A stretch of 62,854 bases of DNA, filler included, from Squatina squatina (GCA_031763465.1; 4 parts of 4 records of this genome joined end to end with filler, not necessarily neighbours in it), one strand, 5' to 3'; counted from the whole stretch's first letter, positions 50,312 through 62,726 are shown. Notes: generated from the sequence alone by a model not told the origin. Made by a program: numbers and translations.

Positions 50312-51099
50312 GGGTCTGATTTTAGCCAGAGGATGCCGAGGGTGCCACAGTTGGCCTCAATGTCCCAAGGCTAAGGAAAGAACAATCATTTAGGATTTCT
50401 TCTTATGATTGCTATCCAATAGGTCCTGCTTAGCAGGTATTGTGAGAAGATTTTTTTCCCTGTCATATATGTCGTGCATGCTTACGTAAATGTGTCCAGA
50501 TGTATTAATTCAAAGACAATACAGGCAAATGTCACAATAGGTGAAATTTAAGGCAGAGACTTGTTAATCTGCAGATAGCTCAACAGTCATGAATATAAAT
50601 GTTTTTGGCTTTTTTGTATNNNNNNNNNNGGACCACACAGCCACCCAGTCACGTCCAACCAAGAGAGTGGGCTTAGGCCTGCTGCTAGGCCTCGCCAACT
50701 CATCTCTATAAAAGGCCAGAAAATTGACTCTTCCATCCAACTTTCCACCCCGCCTCCCATTCAACAGTGGAAACACTTTTGCCTTCCCTCGGCTGTTCCA
50801 TAAATTGGGATTGGGAACGACATGTTGGGAATATTGGGCATCACAGTAACATGGACTTTTAATTCAAGATTATTATAAAGCATTAAATTAAAGAACAAGG
50901 CGAATATGTATTATTATATGAGTCCAGGGTCTAAACAGAGAAACAGCACATGCTGAATCAATTACTATACGGTAAAGAATTAGGTTCTGTACTGTTAATG
51001 CAGTTTGACAATTAATAACTTTTTCAATTGTTGGCACCCTCGATGTATACTTTACACGTTGATTTTATTACGATGAATGTTTGTTCCATGCTATACCAG

Positions 51100-51276
51100 T
51101 ATCAGGGGAATTACAGTCGGCACTTCATCACTCAAGGCGAACAAGAAAGGCAAGAAAGGGAAGTTTTCCAACGAAACATGAGAAGTCGTCTCGAGTCGTT
51201 CAAATCCACCAAACATAATGTATACTCTTCAAAGAACAAATGCAGGCATAAGAAAGAGCACAAATGTCAAAAAAAG
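51100..51276 (+). CDS. SLC9A5: Na+/H+ exchanger 5, cytoplasmic-tail exon
   Basis: ccag|YQGNYSRHFITQGEQERQEREVFQRNMRSRLESFKSTKHNVYSSKNKCRHKKEHKCQKK|gcaagt, versus human YKASCSRHFISEDAQERQDKEVFQQNMKRRLESFKSTKHNICFTK...RRKK. Confidence 0.9.
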
Positions 51277-52673
51277 GCAAGTTTCCTTTTAATTGTACGC
51301 ACTCAGGATTACATTTTAAAGCCTTCAATCTTTTACAGGCAAAAAAAATGTTTTCCACAGTTGTTCCTGCAGGAAAAATAATCCACTTGAAAGGGAGTGA
51401 AAGTGGGTTTGACTATACAATTTTCCTGCTCCACGAGTACATTTTCTTTCATTGTAATGAGTGGTAAGCCGAATCATGCAGAACAGTGGTATGCTCCGGG
51501 CTCAAAGAATGTAAAAGACACAAAGCCCCTTTTACACTGCATTCAGTTTTGGTTTAGTTTTATTGCAGGATAGTTTTTACATACAACAATGCTCCCTAGA
51601 AAGCTTATACAGTTCCTGCTCTCTCTTCCTTCAAATGATCTCATGCAAGTACAGATTAAATCAAGTCTGCCAATGACACTTATGAAGTAAGCCATTTTCC
51701 TCCTCCAATGGTGTACTATCTACTGCAAAAATTAGTGACTCAGAGAACACCAACCATGCAGGCCATTGCAATGCTTTGCTACAGAGCCTGTCAATGATGT
51801 CCTGTATGAGCGAAAGGCTGGTTTCACACGTCAAAGGTTGTGAGTGGACTGCACAAGATTATGCGGAAATGTAACCACCTCCACAAACAAAACTGTGAGA
51901 CCCCCTACAGAAAGATGCAGGTTGCCCCATATTATCAAAGGCATAAGCAAAATGTGAAACCTCTTCATATACACAAAAAGCAAGACACCCATTCAGAAAA
52001 AGGGAGCCTACACATACATCCCCCACCACATTATTTCCCCTCCTCCCACCATTGTCGCCCTGCTCCTATCCCTTCCCTTCCTTTAGTGTATAATCCTTAT
52101 TCGAGTTGGCTTTGAAAACTCGGTATTGATCTGTTCCTCTCAAAAAACAGGGGACACTGTTGTCTGAACAGCAAGTTTGGAAGGGACTCAATACTCACAT
52201 CCACACCCAGACCTCACAGAGCAACTAAATGCACTCCTTTACCAAGTGGAATATATTTTAAAGAGCTTAAAACTTAAATAATCTTGTGGGGCATTTTTTT
52301 TCTCCCATACATTAATCGCAAAGTTGAACATCTGAAGAATTATATATATATTAATATCTTATCTTTGTGCTCTTCTTTAAGTCATGCAACTTCTGTATCT
52401 CCAGCCAAGAGAGTTGTATCTCCAAGTCTGCAGATGACACCAAGTTAGGAGGCATAGNNNNNNNNNNNNNNNNNNNNNNNNNNNNNNNNNNNNNNNNNNN
52501 NNNNNNNNNNNNNNNNNNNNNNNNNNNNNNNNNNNNNNNNNNNNNNNNNNNNNNNNNAATTAATTGCCTCCTCGTGTGTCTTTGTGAATTCAAATAGAAT
52601 TGAACTTTGCTGGAAACTAATTCAGAAATACATTACCAAAACAATTATGCTCAGATAGTTTGTAGATACCGTA

Positions 52674-52757
52674 GTCTTGAATTTCCATAGAAGTTTTCCC
52701 AATCTCTTGCCTCAGCTTTGGTGGGAGATCAGGGCAACTCCTGCGGAGATTCAGGAC
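52674..52757. mobile_element. Short fold-back (palindromic) MITE-like element
   Basis: GTCTTGAATTTCCATAGAAGTTTTCCCAATCTC pairs imperfectly with GAGATCAGGGCAACTCCTGCGGAGATTCAGGAC. Confidence 0.55.
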
Positions 52758-53346
52758 CTTTTTATATATGTATTAAAGAAAAGCTTTGCATCTGCCGCTC
52801 ACCTGCTGTCTACAAATGTTATTTTCTGTAATGCTTTCCATGTCCGTATTTATACTGGGAAAACTGTATTGAAGTATTTATAATGGGAAAGCCGTATGTC
52901 AAAATTTTACAATGGGAAAACCTTGTGTAATGATTTTACCGTCATAATTTCTTCAGGAACTGTTGGAATCACAACACTTTTGGGGAAAAATATGTCTCTT
53001 ATACTTTTCTCATTCATTAAAATTTCTAATGTCCAAAACAAATGAAAAAAGTCAAAAATTACATATTTCACAACAACATAATGAATTTTGCTCGCTGAAT
53101 TTCTTTTGTGTCTTGTAATACATTCATTAAAGTTTTTTTTTACTTTTTGAGGCCTCAGTTTGTCTCAAAATAGGCTTCAACTCAACATTTAGAGAGAGGG
53201 TTCAGCCGCATCTGTGCATTTGAGCATATGCAGAATTTTCCAGTGTGCAATCTATGGATAGAAGGGTGAGTCCCCTCATTCTCTGAGGGTTAGGCTGCGT
53301 TTTACTCTCCCTAAAGGATTTGAAAGAAACTGGTGATTGAATTCTC

Positions 53347-54055
53347 GGAGCTTAATTCGTGGTCAAGGAGCGCCCTTTAGCGCTGGCCGGAGGTGTCAAC
53401 GGGGCGTTTTGGCCTTTGCAGCTGCCGGTGGTGCACCAGCTGCCTCCTGCCAAATTCGCCCGGCGATCTACGGAGGCATTGACTGCTAGAGCCCCGCTCC
53501 TGCTGGCAGCTTCTGCAACGTCAGCGTTATCGTGCGCAGCGCCCAGTGTGCGCCCCAGATGGAGAATCCAACTTTTTCCCCAACGTCGAATGGCGGCGAT
53601 GACATCGGCAGCTGAAGCTGTTGCTGTCCTGCTGCAACACGGAAGCGCCGCCTGTATTTAAAGGCGCCTGTGCGGGAGACATTTTGTATTAGCCAATTCG
53701 CTCCAAAGTTGCTGAAAGTATTCACCAGTGGGCCATAGAGCAGTGATTTAAGCATTAGGTTGTGTAGTTGCTTATTTGCTGTGAGGTTTGCTACCCCTTA
53801 GACATCGACTGCAATAAGGGCTGCAGTGCATTGTGATCTGCTTAACGCACTTATAAACAGCAGGCAGAATTGCCGGCAGACTGAAGGACATCGCCCCTGC
53901 AGCGCCCTGAATGAGGTGCTTAGCGCCTCCAACGGTGCCGCCACGGATTTTTTTTCTTAAAGAGTTGAACGCTGCGACTTTTTGCAGGCCCGTGCTACCG
54001 GCGCTAACTTTTTGCAGCTAGTGCTGCCATCGCACTGTCAACGAATTGCAGCCCC
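53347..54055. mobile_element. GC/CpG-rich non-autonomous DNA transposon with imperfect terminal inverted repeats
   Basis: Left end GGAGCTTAATTCGTGGTCA versus reverse complement of the right end GGGGCTGCAATTCGTTGACA. GC-rich arms flank a more AT-rich centre. Confidence 0.55.
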
Positions 54056-55260
54056 ACAGTCTTTCCTTCCACAAAGTCTTTCCTGTGCAGTTTCCGGAAA
54101 TCCAAGATATTGCACATTGGAGCATTTTTCTTAAACTGCTTGTCACCAGATGAGTGCTTCATTCATTCATTCAACCTTATATAACTGGAGCAGATAAACT
54201 GGCAGATGGCCTATATAGTTCAATGCATCCACACATACTGCTGCAGTTAGGAGTCAATGAGGAGAATGAATGTCTCAAGGTTTCTTAATGGAAAAATGTA
54301 CTGAACTTAAAAGTATTTAATCCGGTGTCCCATTTAGAAAAAGGTTTATGGAGCGAAGCCCAGGGCCATCCTTTTAGATATATTACTGAAAACTTGTAGG
54401 ATCCTCGACTCAGTCAGGTCAGTCTGTGCCGAAAGGATAAGTGAAAGCCTGGAGGGCAGTTGAACTCAGCATTAACCTATACATCTTTGGGATCTCTGGG
54501 CAAGACTGAGAGTAAACCTGCAATTTCACATTTGAAGTTTCTAAAGTCCCCAGGATTAACGTAACCTTTATTGTATAATGTTTAAAAGCCTGATGAACTG
54601 CTAACACCTGCCTTCAGAAAGATTTATGAGTTTAAATTGACCATCCAAGGAGATTGATGCATCTTAGCTGATATCTTCAGCTGGTAGGCACAAAATGCAC
54701 CTCAATTTTATAGTTAATAGGAGAGTATGCAGGAAAAATTCTTCTTGGTTTCCAATTTACAAGTGATTTATGTTTAGCAAATTGAGTTCTCTTGTGCTAT
54801 CCCAATTCTTCGAGACACAAATATCATTTTACAAAATTATTAAATAATCTGAAGAAACAGAAGTTTTCTTCAGCTAACATAAAATTGTCTGCAAATTTGG
54901 AGCGAATGATTAAGATAATGTCAGGGAGACTGTCATAGGGCAGCTGCACAAGTATCAGTTTGTTCCAATCTGTAACTATTCTTGCATTTGGTGCTTTAAC
55001 TGGGAGAAGGTCAGGGCCAATGATCAGTGAAAATTCTTACTGCAGAGTAACTATCAAATCATTCTAAAAGCCATGAGATTTTTTTTTCCNNNNNNNNNNN
55101 NNNNNNNNNNNNNNNNNNNNNNNNNNNNNNNNNNNNNNNNNNNNNNNNNNNNNNNNNNNNNNNNNNNNNNNNNNNNNNNNNNNNNNNNNCCGAATTTAGA
55201 GCTGCACTGCGCATGCCCACAGGTCCGGAACTTGTGATCTGTCAAGATTTTCTTGACGGG

Positions 55261-55776
55261 TCATCTGCTTGTGCTGAAAAAGAGCTTCCCTGGAAAGGTG
55301 ATCAGGGTGACCTTCCAGCCTGCGTGTCTTCGGAAACCACCAAGATTGTGCCGGTCGACTTGCAATATGCCTGGAAGCAAAGCACGTCGTCACTAGAGAG
55401 CCTGGTCTCACCTCCTGTATCCGAAGTGGTATTTCAGCCAAAGACCTTGAACTTTATGCTGGAAGAATGCACAGCTTCAGCTGTCCGGCCGGTGCCACGA
55501 CATCGCATCCATTTCCAGTTTCCTGATGCTTGTTCACCTGATGAAAGAAGTGCTGATGAGGACACCATGGAGTCTATTCAGCAGCAGGAGCTGCAGCCCC
55601 TTATGTCTGCTGAAGGTGACAGCAGACCAGTCCCATCTGCTGGGTTTGTAAGTACCAAGTGGCCAGCACCATTCCACAGACCTTCCTATGTCTCAGCTCT
55701 AAAATCGTTGGTTACCTCAACACAATACAACATTAAACAATCTGAGAAGTCTGGCAATATACAGACAGATCTTTAA
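55261..55776 (+). CDS. SLC9A5: SLC9A5/NHE5 last coding exon (5' end missing)
   Basis: CAEKELPWKGDQGDLPACVSSETTKIVPVDLQYAWKQSTSSLESLVSPP...QQQELQPLM, versus human CAEKELPWKSGQGDLAVYVSSETTKIVPVDMQTGWNQSISSLESLASPP...QQQELQPLM. Stop at 55774-55776. Confidence 0.92.
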   Translation, partial: SSACAEKELPWKGDQGDLPACVSSETTKIVPVDLQYAWKQSTSSLESLVSPPVSEVVFQPKTLNFMLEECTASAVRPVPRHRIHFQFPDACSPDERSADEDTMESIQQQELQPLMSAEGDSRPVPSAGFVSTKWPAPFHRPSYVSALKSLVTSTQYNIKQSEKSGNIQTDL

Positions 55777-57089
55777 TCTTCATGTAAGAAACATGAATTA
55801 AGTTGGACCATGATATTTTAGTTTTGTAAAGCACATTTTTATGAAAGTATTTGAGAAGACGGTGCTTTTTGAGGCGAGTAATTGGTTATTCATATAGTGG
55901 TAATCTTTGACTAAGGTAGTAGGTGATATGGAGTCGGTCACACTATAGCACGGATAGTTACCAACTGTTTTAGTGTGTCATTATTACAGTGTCCTAGGAT
56001 TGCTTTGAAGACAGGGTGCGGAGTGGGAAATTCAGCCTAAAAATAAGCATTAAGAGTGGAATATTCAGCCTGAAAAGGCCACATGATGAACTCGGCTTTG
56101 ACAAAACTGAACCATCAGAATTGGCTGTGCAAATAATAACAATACTTTTCAGCCTGTAGAGGAAAACGGGTTATCGTATGCTTAGACTTATAGATATCAA
56201 ATACATCTTAGTTTTAGGGAGTGGAAAATTCACAGAAAAATTGGGGGAAAAGAGTGAAAAAAATATTATCCATTGGGTGTCATTTTTCACCCAAATTTTG
56301 CAATCCTAGCACACTGCCCTACCTTGTTCAATGTGTGGAAAAGTTATGATTGGTCAAAAGCAGAATTACACAAATGTGATTTGATGATAAATATGTTTGA
56401 CATAATGCTAAATTTAATCACAGTTTCCTTTCTTATGAATTATTATATGATTAAAGAATATCCAGCAAAAGTTGTCGATAATTTCTTTGAGGGAAGTGGA
56501 TGTGACAATTTTTGTTGGATTTCAAGTGTTTTTCAGAGGATAGGTATAACATTTCCACCCCCTTGAATATGCTAGTTTAGTGTCTGATGTGTTATGCTGA
56601 AATGCTTTTACGATGTCTCGGTGTATGAAATTTTCCTCTTAAGTTGCCCATGTATGTGCTGAACTTGGAACTTGTTAGGTAGGTACAGCAGAATCGCATC
56701 ACTATGCAATTTTTAGTTTTGGGGCAGCCAGGTGCTTGCCACCACTTCCCCACTCCATAAGGACTAATGTTAGAATCCTGATAATCTGGGGGTTGGTGCA
56801 GTGTTCCTGGGGACCCTCTATTTTTTTGTGTTATTTATTATTTTTTGATTGCAATGTCCATGCTATTTTTCAACCTTTAACTAAGGAATATATTTGCATT
56901 ATTGCTGTATTATGCACAATATGGCTGCACATTATGTCATAGTACAATGTAATTATTATTTTTTCTGGAAAATTGTAGATAAACCATTGGTGACAAACTT
57001 GTGGCTTCAGAATCACAACGGTGACACACAGCAAGGGTTTCCCAGCCCTGACAACCGCGTACCTTGCGCGTACCGCTGCGCAGTGACTG

Positions 57090-57431
57090 CGAACAAATGA
57101 GAGGTCACTGAAGTTTCTGAGTGAGTTCGGAACCTGCCTGTGGAATTCGGTGGAGAGTGAAATCACGGCTACAGTGAAGCTATCTAAAGGACATCAGCAT
57201 GGCAGTTTTTAACAGGTCTACAAAGGTCTTGTTGGTCTCGCCAAACATCTGCTGGAAAACTATAGCGAAGAAGTCCAGTGTGTGTTTCTTGGAAAAGTAC
57301 AATTCGAAAGCATCGAGGGACATTTTGGTCATCTACGGAAGCTAGCTGGGAGCAACTACTTGGATAGTGTCCGTCAATTCATGGAGCGACGAAACTGTCA
57401 TCCGAGTCAGCAGCCTCATCTGGTGGTCTGG
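57090..57431 (+). mobile_element. Degenerate P-superfamily (P element/THAP9-related) transposase, C-terminal RNase H-like region
   Basis: NERSLKFLSEFG...KLSK(D)...YKGLVGLAKHLLE...VFLGKVQFESIEGHFGHLRKLAGSNYLDSVRQFME, then after a frameshift ETVIRVSSLIWWSG. This fits the P-family pattern GL..LA.YLL...YVLLGK.Q.D.LE..FG..RQ..G.NY..SV.Q..E.E..IR. Confidence 0.7.
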
Positions 57432-57529
57432 CGTGAAAATAAGAGACACTCCATTAGTCCATTAAGGATGGCATAGTCGCAGCAAGTCAAAGATCAAGAG
57501 CTGTTCAATGTCCATGGACTAACTGTTGT

Positions 57530-58220
57530 GTTGCTGTGTGCATGCGTGCTCGGTGCTCGGTGCTCGGTGATGGGCGCGGCACACACGCTCCGTCGCTCCA
57601 CCTCTCTTCAGTCCAGCGCTCTCCCGACAGCATTCTCGCCGGGGGAGTGGGAACTGGACGCCTCTCTGGCGAGGGATGAGGGGACTAGTGCCGGCGTGAC
57701 AACGTGAGGTTAAGTAATCGCACTGCTGTGAATATACGTTTTATTACAAGTTATTTCGACACTATGACAGAAGAGAGCAGTGGTGTGGTGACTGGTGAAT
57801 GGTGACGCGACTGACGACCTGAACAGCGCAGCATGGCTCTGGAGTTCAGCTGTGAGGACCGACCCTGCGGGGCAAACTACCGGTGCCCGACTGCAGCAGC
57901 AAGCTGAACACCGACTCGGGCTGCGGGTCGGAGGGCGACGTCTGGGACGGCGTGTACAACACGCTGACGTCGTGCACCTTTCGGACATGGTGCGCCTACT
58001 GCTGACGGAGGAGGCGAAAGAGCAAGAGCGGCCGGTCACGCAGCCGGCAGAGGCCGCCGCGCCGCCTCCGCTGCCGAGACGACACGACGGCCGTGAACGC
58101 CGGGAGGCCGTGTGCTACAGCGTAACGGCCGACGTCACGGCATCTCACCAGTACTGGCGAGTGATGCTCGCAGCACTGGCCTGGTCACTGGTGGTGCCGG
58201 ATGGGCCGCTCGGCAGCAGC
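57530..58220. other. CpG/GC-rich block of unknown origin
   Basis: Sharp compositional departure from the AT-rich flanks, dense CpG, a (GTGCTCG)3 repeat, and an ORF with no recognised homology. Confidence 0.6.
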
Positions 58221-58320
58221 NNNNNNNNNNNNNNNNNNNNNNNNNNNNNNNNNNNNNNNNNNNNNNNNNNNNNNNNNNNNNNNNNNNNNNNNNNNNNNNN
58301 NNNNNNNNNNNNNNNNNNNN

Positions 58321-58430
58321 TTTTTAGTGTCTTCTACTGTGAAGACAGATACAAAATATTTGTTCAACGCCTCTGCCATTTCTTTGTTTCCCATTATTAT
58401 TTCCCCAGTCTCATCCTCTAAGGGACAAAC
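58321..58430 (-). mobile_element. CR1 LINE ORF2 fragment
   Basis: GNKEMAEALNKYFVSVFTVEDTK (CR1 motif A..LN.YF.SVFT.ED). Confidence 0.85.
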
Positions 58431-61108
58431 TTTAGCTACTCTCCCCCTCTTTAGCTCTCGCTCTCTTTCTCCCCCTCTCTTTTGCTCTCTCTGTTACTCA
58501 TACCCTCCTCTGTTGCTCCATATCAATTACTCTCCCTCTTTTTCAGTGTCACTCTCTCCCCAGGTCTCTTTTACTCTCCATCATTCTCTCTCTGTTACTC
58601 TTTCCCGGTGCCTCTGTTACACTTTCCCCTTTTCTCTCTCTGTTTCTTTCTTTAGGTGGGAGTTTAAAGAGTTAAATAGCTGAAGGATTTCTCCAATCAT
58701 CAGCCAGTTTCCTCATCCCATATGCTTTGACAGGCATATGTAAATTAGCCCTGAAGAGAGACCAAGGACAGACCAAGACTGACAGAGTAAATCTGATCTC
58801 GGAGCTCTGTTTGTAATTCTTCCTTGTCATGTTCGTTTATGCTATTGCCCCAAAGGAGCTGAGGACAAAGTAGAATAGAGAGCTGCCGCAGTATTTTTTT
58901 CACTGCTGTACCTCTGATTCAATGAATCCAAGACTGTTGCCAGGAAAAGAAGACAAATTGGGGGGTGGGATTTGAACTTCAGTGTTTTTTGTAAGTACAG
59001 GCTTTTACCTGCTGTCTTTTTTGAGCTATTTTTGCCAGAGTTATTAACTGAGTTACTATATTTCTAGTATTTCAGGTATGTTTAGTTTCCAACAACCATT
59101 GATTAAAATGCTTGTGCCTTTGTACAAGATTTCTTGCGTCGATTACTGTTTTTTGTTCTTCACAATTAGCGTGATGTGCTGCTGAAACATGNNNNNNNNN
59201 NNNNNNNNNNNNNNNNNNNNNNNNNNNNNNNNNNNNNNNNNNNNNNNNNNNNNNNNNNNNNNNNNNNNNNNNNNNNNNNNNNNNNNNNNNNTTGTGATAC
59301 CTTTGTATAAAGTCTTATTTACATGCAGCTCTAAATTTCAAAGAGTTATGCTAGTTTTGTCTGTCTACCTTTGCCATGACTTAAGCAAATGTGAGGTTGA
59401 AGTGTTGATCCTGGGCAGAATTAGTGTTTACTTCTTCAGACTTGAGCAGGCTAATGACTACGATGTGTATATTTGGTCAATGGGCAGAAAAGTATTAATG
59501 GTTCTATCTAGATTCATTCCATGCAATCAGTGAAGAAGGATATCCCTGCTAATGCGAGAGTAATAAAACTGCTATGTTAGTTACAACAACTGTCAAAACA
59601 GACAATAAAAAAGCCATTCTTGCTGTGTGTGGCCCATTATTTATCATTTAGTGTTTTTTTTGATTGAACAGAACTGTTACAATTGCTTGTCATCTGGAAA
59701 TCTACAATGTTTGTGGGTATTTTTTTTACCTGACTTCGTGCTATGATAATTGGATAGAAAATGAATTTATTATTGACAGATTTGGGTTGTGCTTAAAAAC
59801 TCCCACAATAACAAGAGCTTTCAATAATGGCTTGAAACCCATTTTAAATGTTATAGTTCCTTCGAAACAGTTTTTTTCTCAAGCTGTAAATGAAAAATAA
59901 ATAATTGTCCTGGAACAATTAGAATTCATGATACTTCATGCCAACTATAATCAGTAAGGAAAACAGTAATATGCAGAACAAGTTCAGTGTATTTTCATTA
60001 ATATTTTGTGTTTGCTTTTGAGCAAACGATCTTTGCAGCTAAAACTTAGCATTTCCATTCGATTTGTACAACCAGTGGATATGGGAGAAAATAGTTGCAA
60101 GCTTCTCAAGAATACTTGCCTTGCATGTGTTTTTTAAGGTTTACAACTGATGAACACTAAAGTCAGTCATCACTTTAGGGAAAATGTTCACCATTCAAAA
60201 CAGCGAAACAAGTGTTGCTTTGTTATCATTTTTTTTTTAAAAAAAAGGAATATTACACCCACAATAGTGACGCCACATCTTTCCTGAGCTATGTTTGTTT
60301 CGAGTAGGAATTGTTGAAAGTCAAAAAAATGACCTTGTTTTATAACTCCCTACATGTGTANNNNNNNNNNNNNNNNNNNNNNNNNNNNNNNNNNNNNNNN
60401 NNNNNNNNNNNNNNNNNNNNNNNNNNNNNNNNNNNNNNNNNNNNNNNNNNNNNNNNNNNNTTGCTTCTCATCTTTCCAAAATGTGCTCTAATTCAATTTG
60501 GTGTTACAGTTTTTGTATTGACGTTTTTCCTTTCTAGTTGGATCTTAAACATTACCATGATAACTAATCTCACATTTAGCTCGTTCACCCGATCCATTTT
60601 GTACTCACGACCAGATCTAGCAATGCCTCTGCTCCAGTAGACTTACGAATATACTAGTTGAGGAAGGAGCTCTGTAAACAATTTAGGAATTATATTTGCT
60701 TTTCTTCATTTAATCCATCTCTATTCCAATTGATAAATGGATAATAAAAATCTCCTAGAAAAATAATTTTGTTATTGGGAATTCACATGGACATACTTTA
60801 AAATACAAGATTTATTGATTGTATATTTTATTTGCTTGGTTTGTTCAGCATATTTTTATTGTAATAGTCTTTGTAAAATGATTGTTGGTCATACCTGTAG
60901 TCTGAGTGGTGCAAATTCAGTTAGTAGTCATTTATATGTTTTTGTTTGAAAGTTGTTAACTGGATTGAATACACAAAGGGTTGATAGTAATTGGTTGCAG
61001 TTTCTCTTTTTACTTGTTAGGTACCTAAACAGAACCGACAAGTTACAAAGGAGCATATTGTACGTTTTTGTAGTTACTGTTAAATTAATTGTACTTTTCT
61101 TTTGGCAG

Positions 61109-61306
61109 GATTCTGAATCCTTGGATACTTGTATTCAGAGTACTCTTTCAGCACTCTATCCCCCTTTTGAAGCTACAGCATCCACTGTTCTCTGTCAGGT
61201 TTTTGATGTAGTGGAGAAAACGTACCGTGGTGACGGATTGTGCTACCTCATTGACTTCCTTGTCCCTGCTAAACACATTCTGCAATGCATTCAGCAGGAT
61301 GCTTGT
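61109..61306 (+). CDS. PLEKHG4: RhoGEF N-terminal Solo-domain exon (PLEKHG4/ARHGEF40/KIAA1755 family); PLEKHG4 by synteny
   Basis: ttggcag|[66 protein letters not shown]|gtaagt (198 nt), versus ARHGEF40 [51 protein letters not shown]. Follows SLC9A5 on the same strand, as PLEKHG4 does in human. Confidence 0.75.
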
Positions 61307-62572
61307 GTAAGTATAAGTGGGAGGGGGTAATCCAAATTGGTTCAGTTTGATAGGACTGTAGCTTTGATATAAAATGTGGAAGTGCAATGAAAAAAACGAT
61401 GAATGTAAAATTGCAGTGTTAGTTATTCTGAATGTCGTCTTCCAACATGTGAACGCTAGTCATCATAAATGACTGCACTCAGAGCAATCCCTGGGAGAAG
61501 ACGCAACTCATTTTGCAGTAAGTTCCTTTAATCTTGGCCATGCAATTTTGGAGCGCAAAAAAAAAGTTGGTCAGAAAAATATGTGACTGTTCAGTTGCCA
61601 TCGAGCAAGTTAGAAAAAATGCAATCGGCTGAATAAGATTTGCTTATAAGTAATTAGGATTTTTAATATAAACACCACGTGCCAAAGACGTGATTACTCT
61701 TTTGACCACAGACTGTGAGTCGCTGAAAGGACTGATACAGCAATGTCTGTATTTTCTTTAAAAATGCAGCATCTGTTATTATGTGATGCTATTCATTGGA
61801 GTGGGGGAGGGATAACCAATTTTAATAATATTAAATCTCCCATCTCAACTGAAAGCAGATTTAATATTGAGCACTTCTGGAACTCCTAAACATGTGGTTG
61901 GAAAGCCAGCTGTTTAACTACTAGGTGATCAGGCTTAATAAAATGAAAATACAGAAATGGGCATGCTCTGTTTGATTATTGCAAAAGCATACATAAAGGA
62001 TCTCTGTATGTCAGTGAGTATTGATTCATACAAGGATTAACTTACAACGGTCAAATTGTGTGCCAAAGGAAGATGATATTTATTTTAAAGCCCTCATCCC
62101 ATCAAACTTATCATAAATTTGGTTTAATAAACACAAATCCATTTTGCACCTTTTAATGATGAAGCTAATGAGGTTTTAATGTTAAATAAAATCTTTGCTG
62201 ATTACTCGGTACATTAGGCTTGTTTCTTGTGTCAAATACAAATTGTATGTCATTGCTGTTTCGAATGCAAGCTCCATTTTAAATGGCTTTTCCTAATAAT
62301 CTTGGTTAAATACTTGAGTTGTTAAAATAATGTAATGGACAATTTTTGTATTTTAAAAATTGAATCCAAGTTCTCAAACTGCCAGTATGGGATTTGAACT
62401 CACATTCTGTGGATTACTAGTCCAGTAATATAACAACGACTGGTTACCTGATAACCTGCCATGATCTGGAGCTGTAAACGCAGTCAGGTGTGAAAATTGG
62501 TGGTGAAAAAAAAAACCCCATAAAAATCGCTCAAAATAAAATGTTCAACTCAAAGCCAGTAAAGATGGAGAG

Positions 62573-62726
62573 ACTACCTACTGTCCCTGGGCCCCTCTCC
62601 CCAGCCCAGCTACTGTCCCGCAGGCTGCCTACTGTACCCAGGCCCCTCTCCCCTGCCTACTTACTGTCTCTGGGGCCCCCCTCCCCTGCCTACCTACTGT
62701 ACCTGGGTCCCTCTCTCCAGCCCAGC
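62573..62726. repeat. Short degenerate C-rich tandem repeat (about 32-bp unit, about 4 copies)
   Basis: CTACTGT..C.GG.CCCCTCTCCCC.GCC recurs. Confidence 0.75.

Noticed and set aside
53359-53755. Ala-rich ORFs (also 22929-23276)
   Set aside because: They lie inside GC-rich MITE-like repeats and show no recognisable protein homology.
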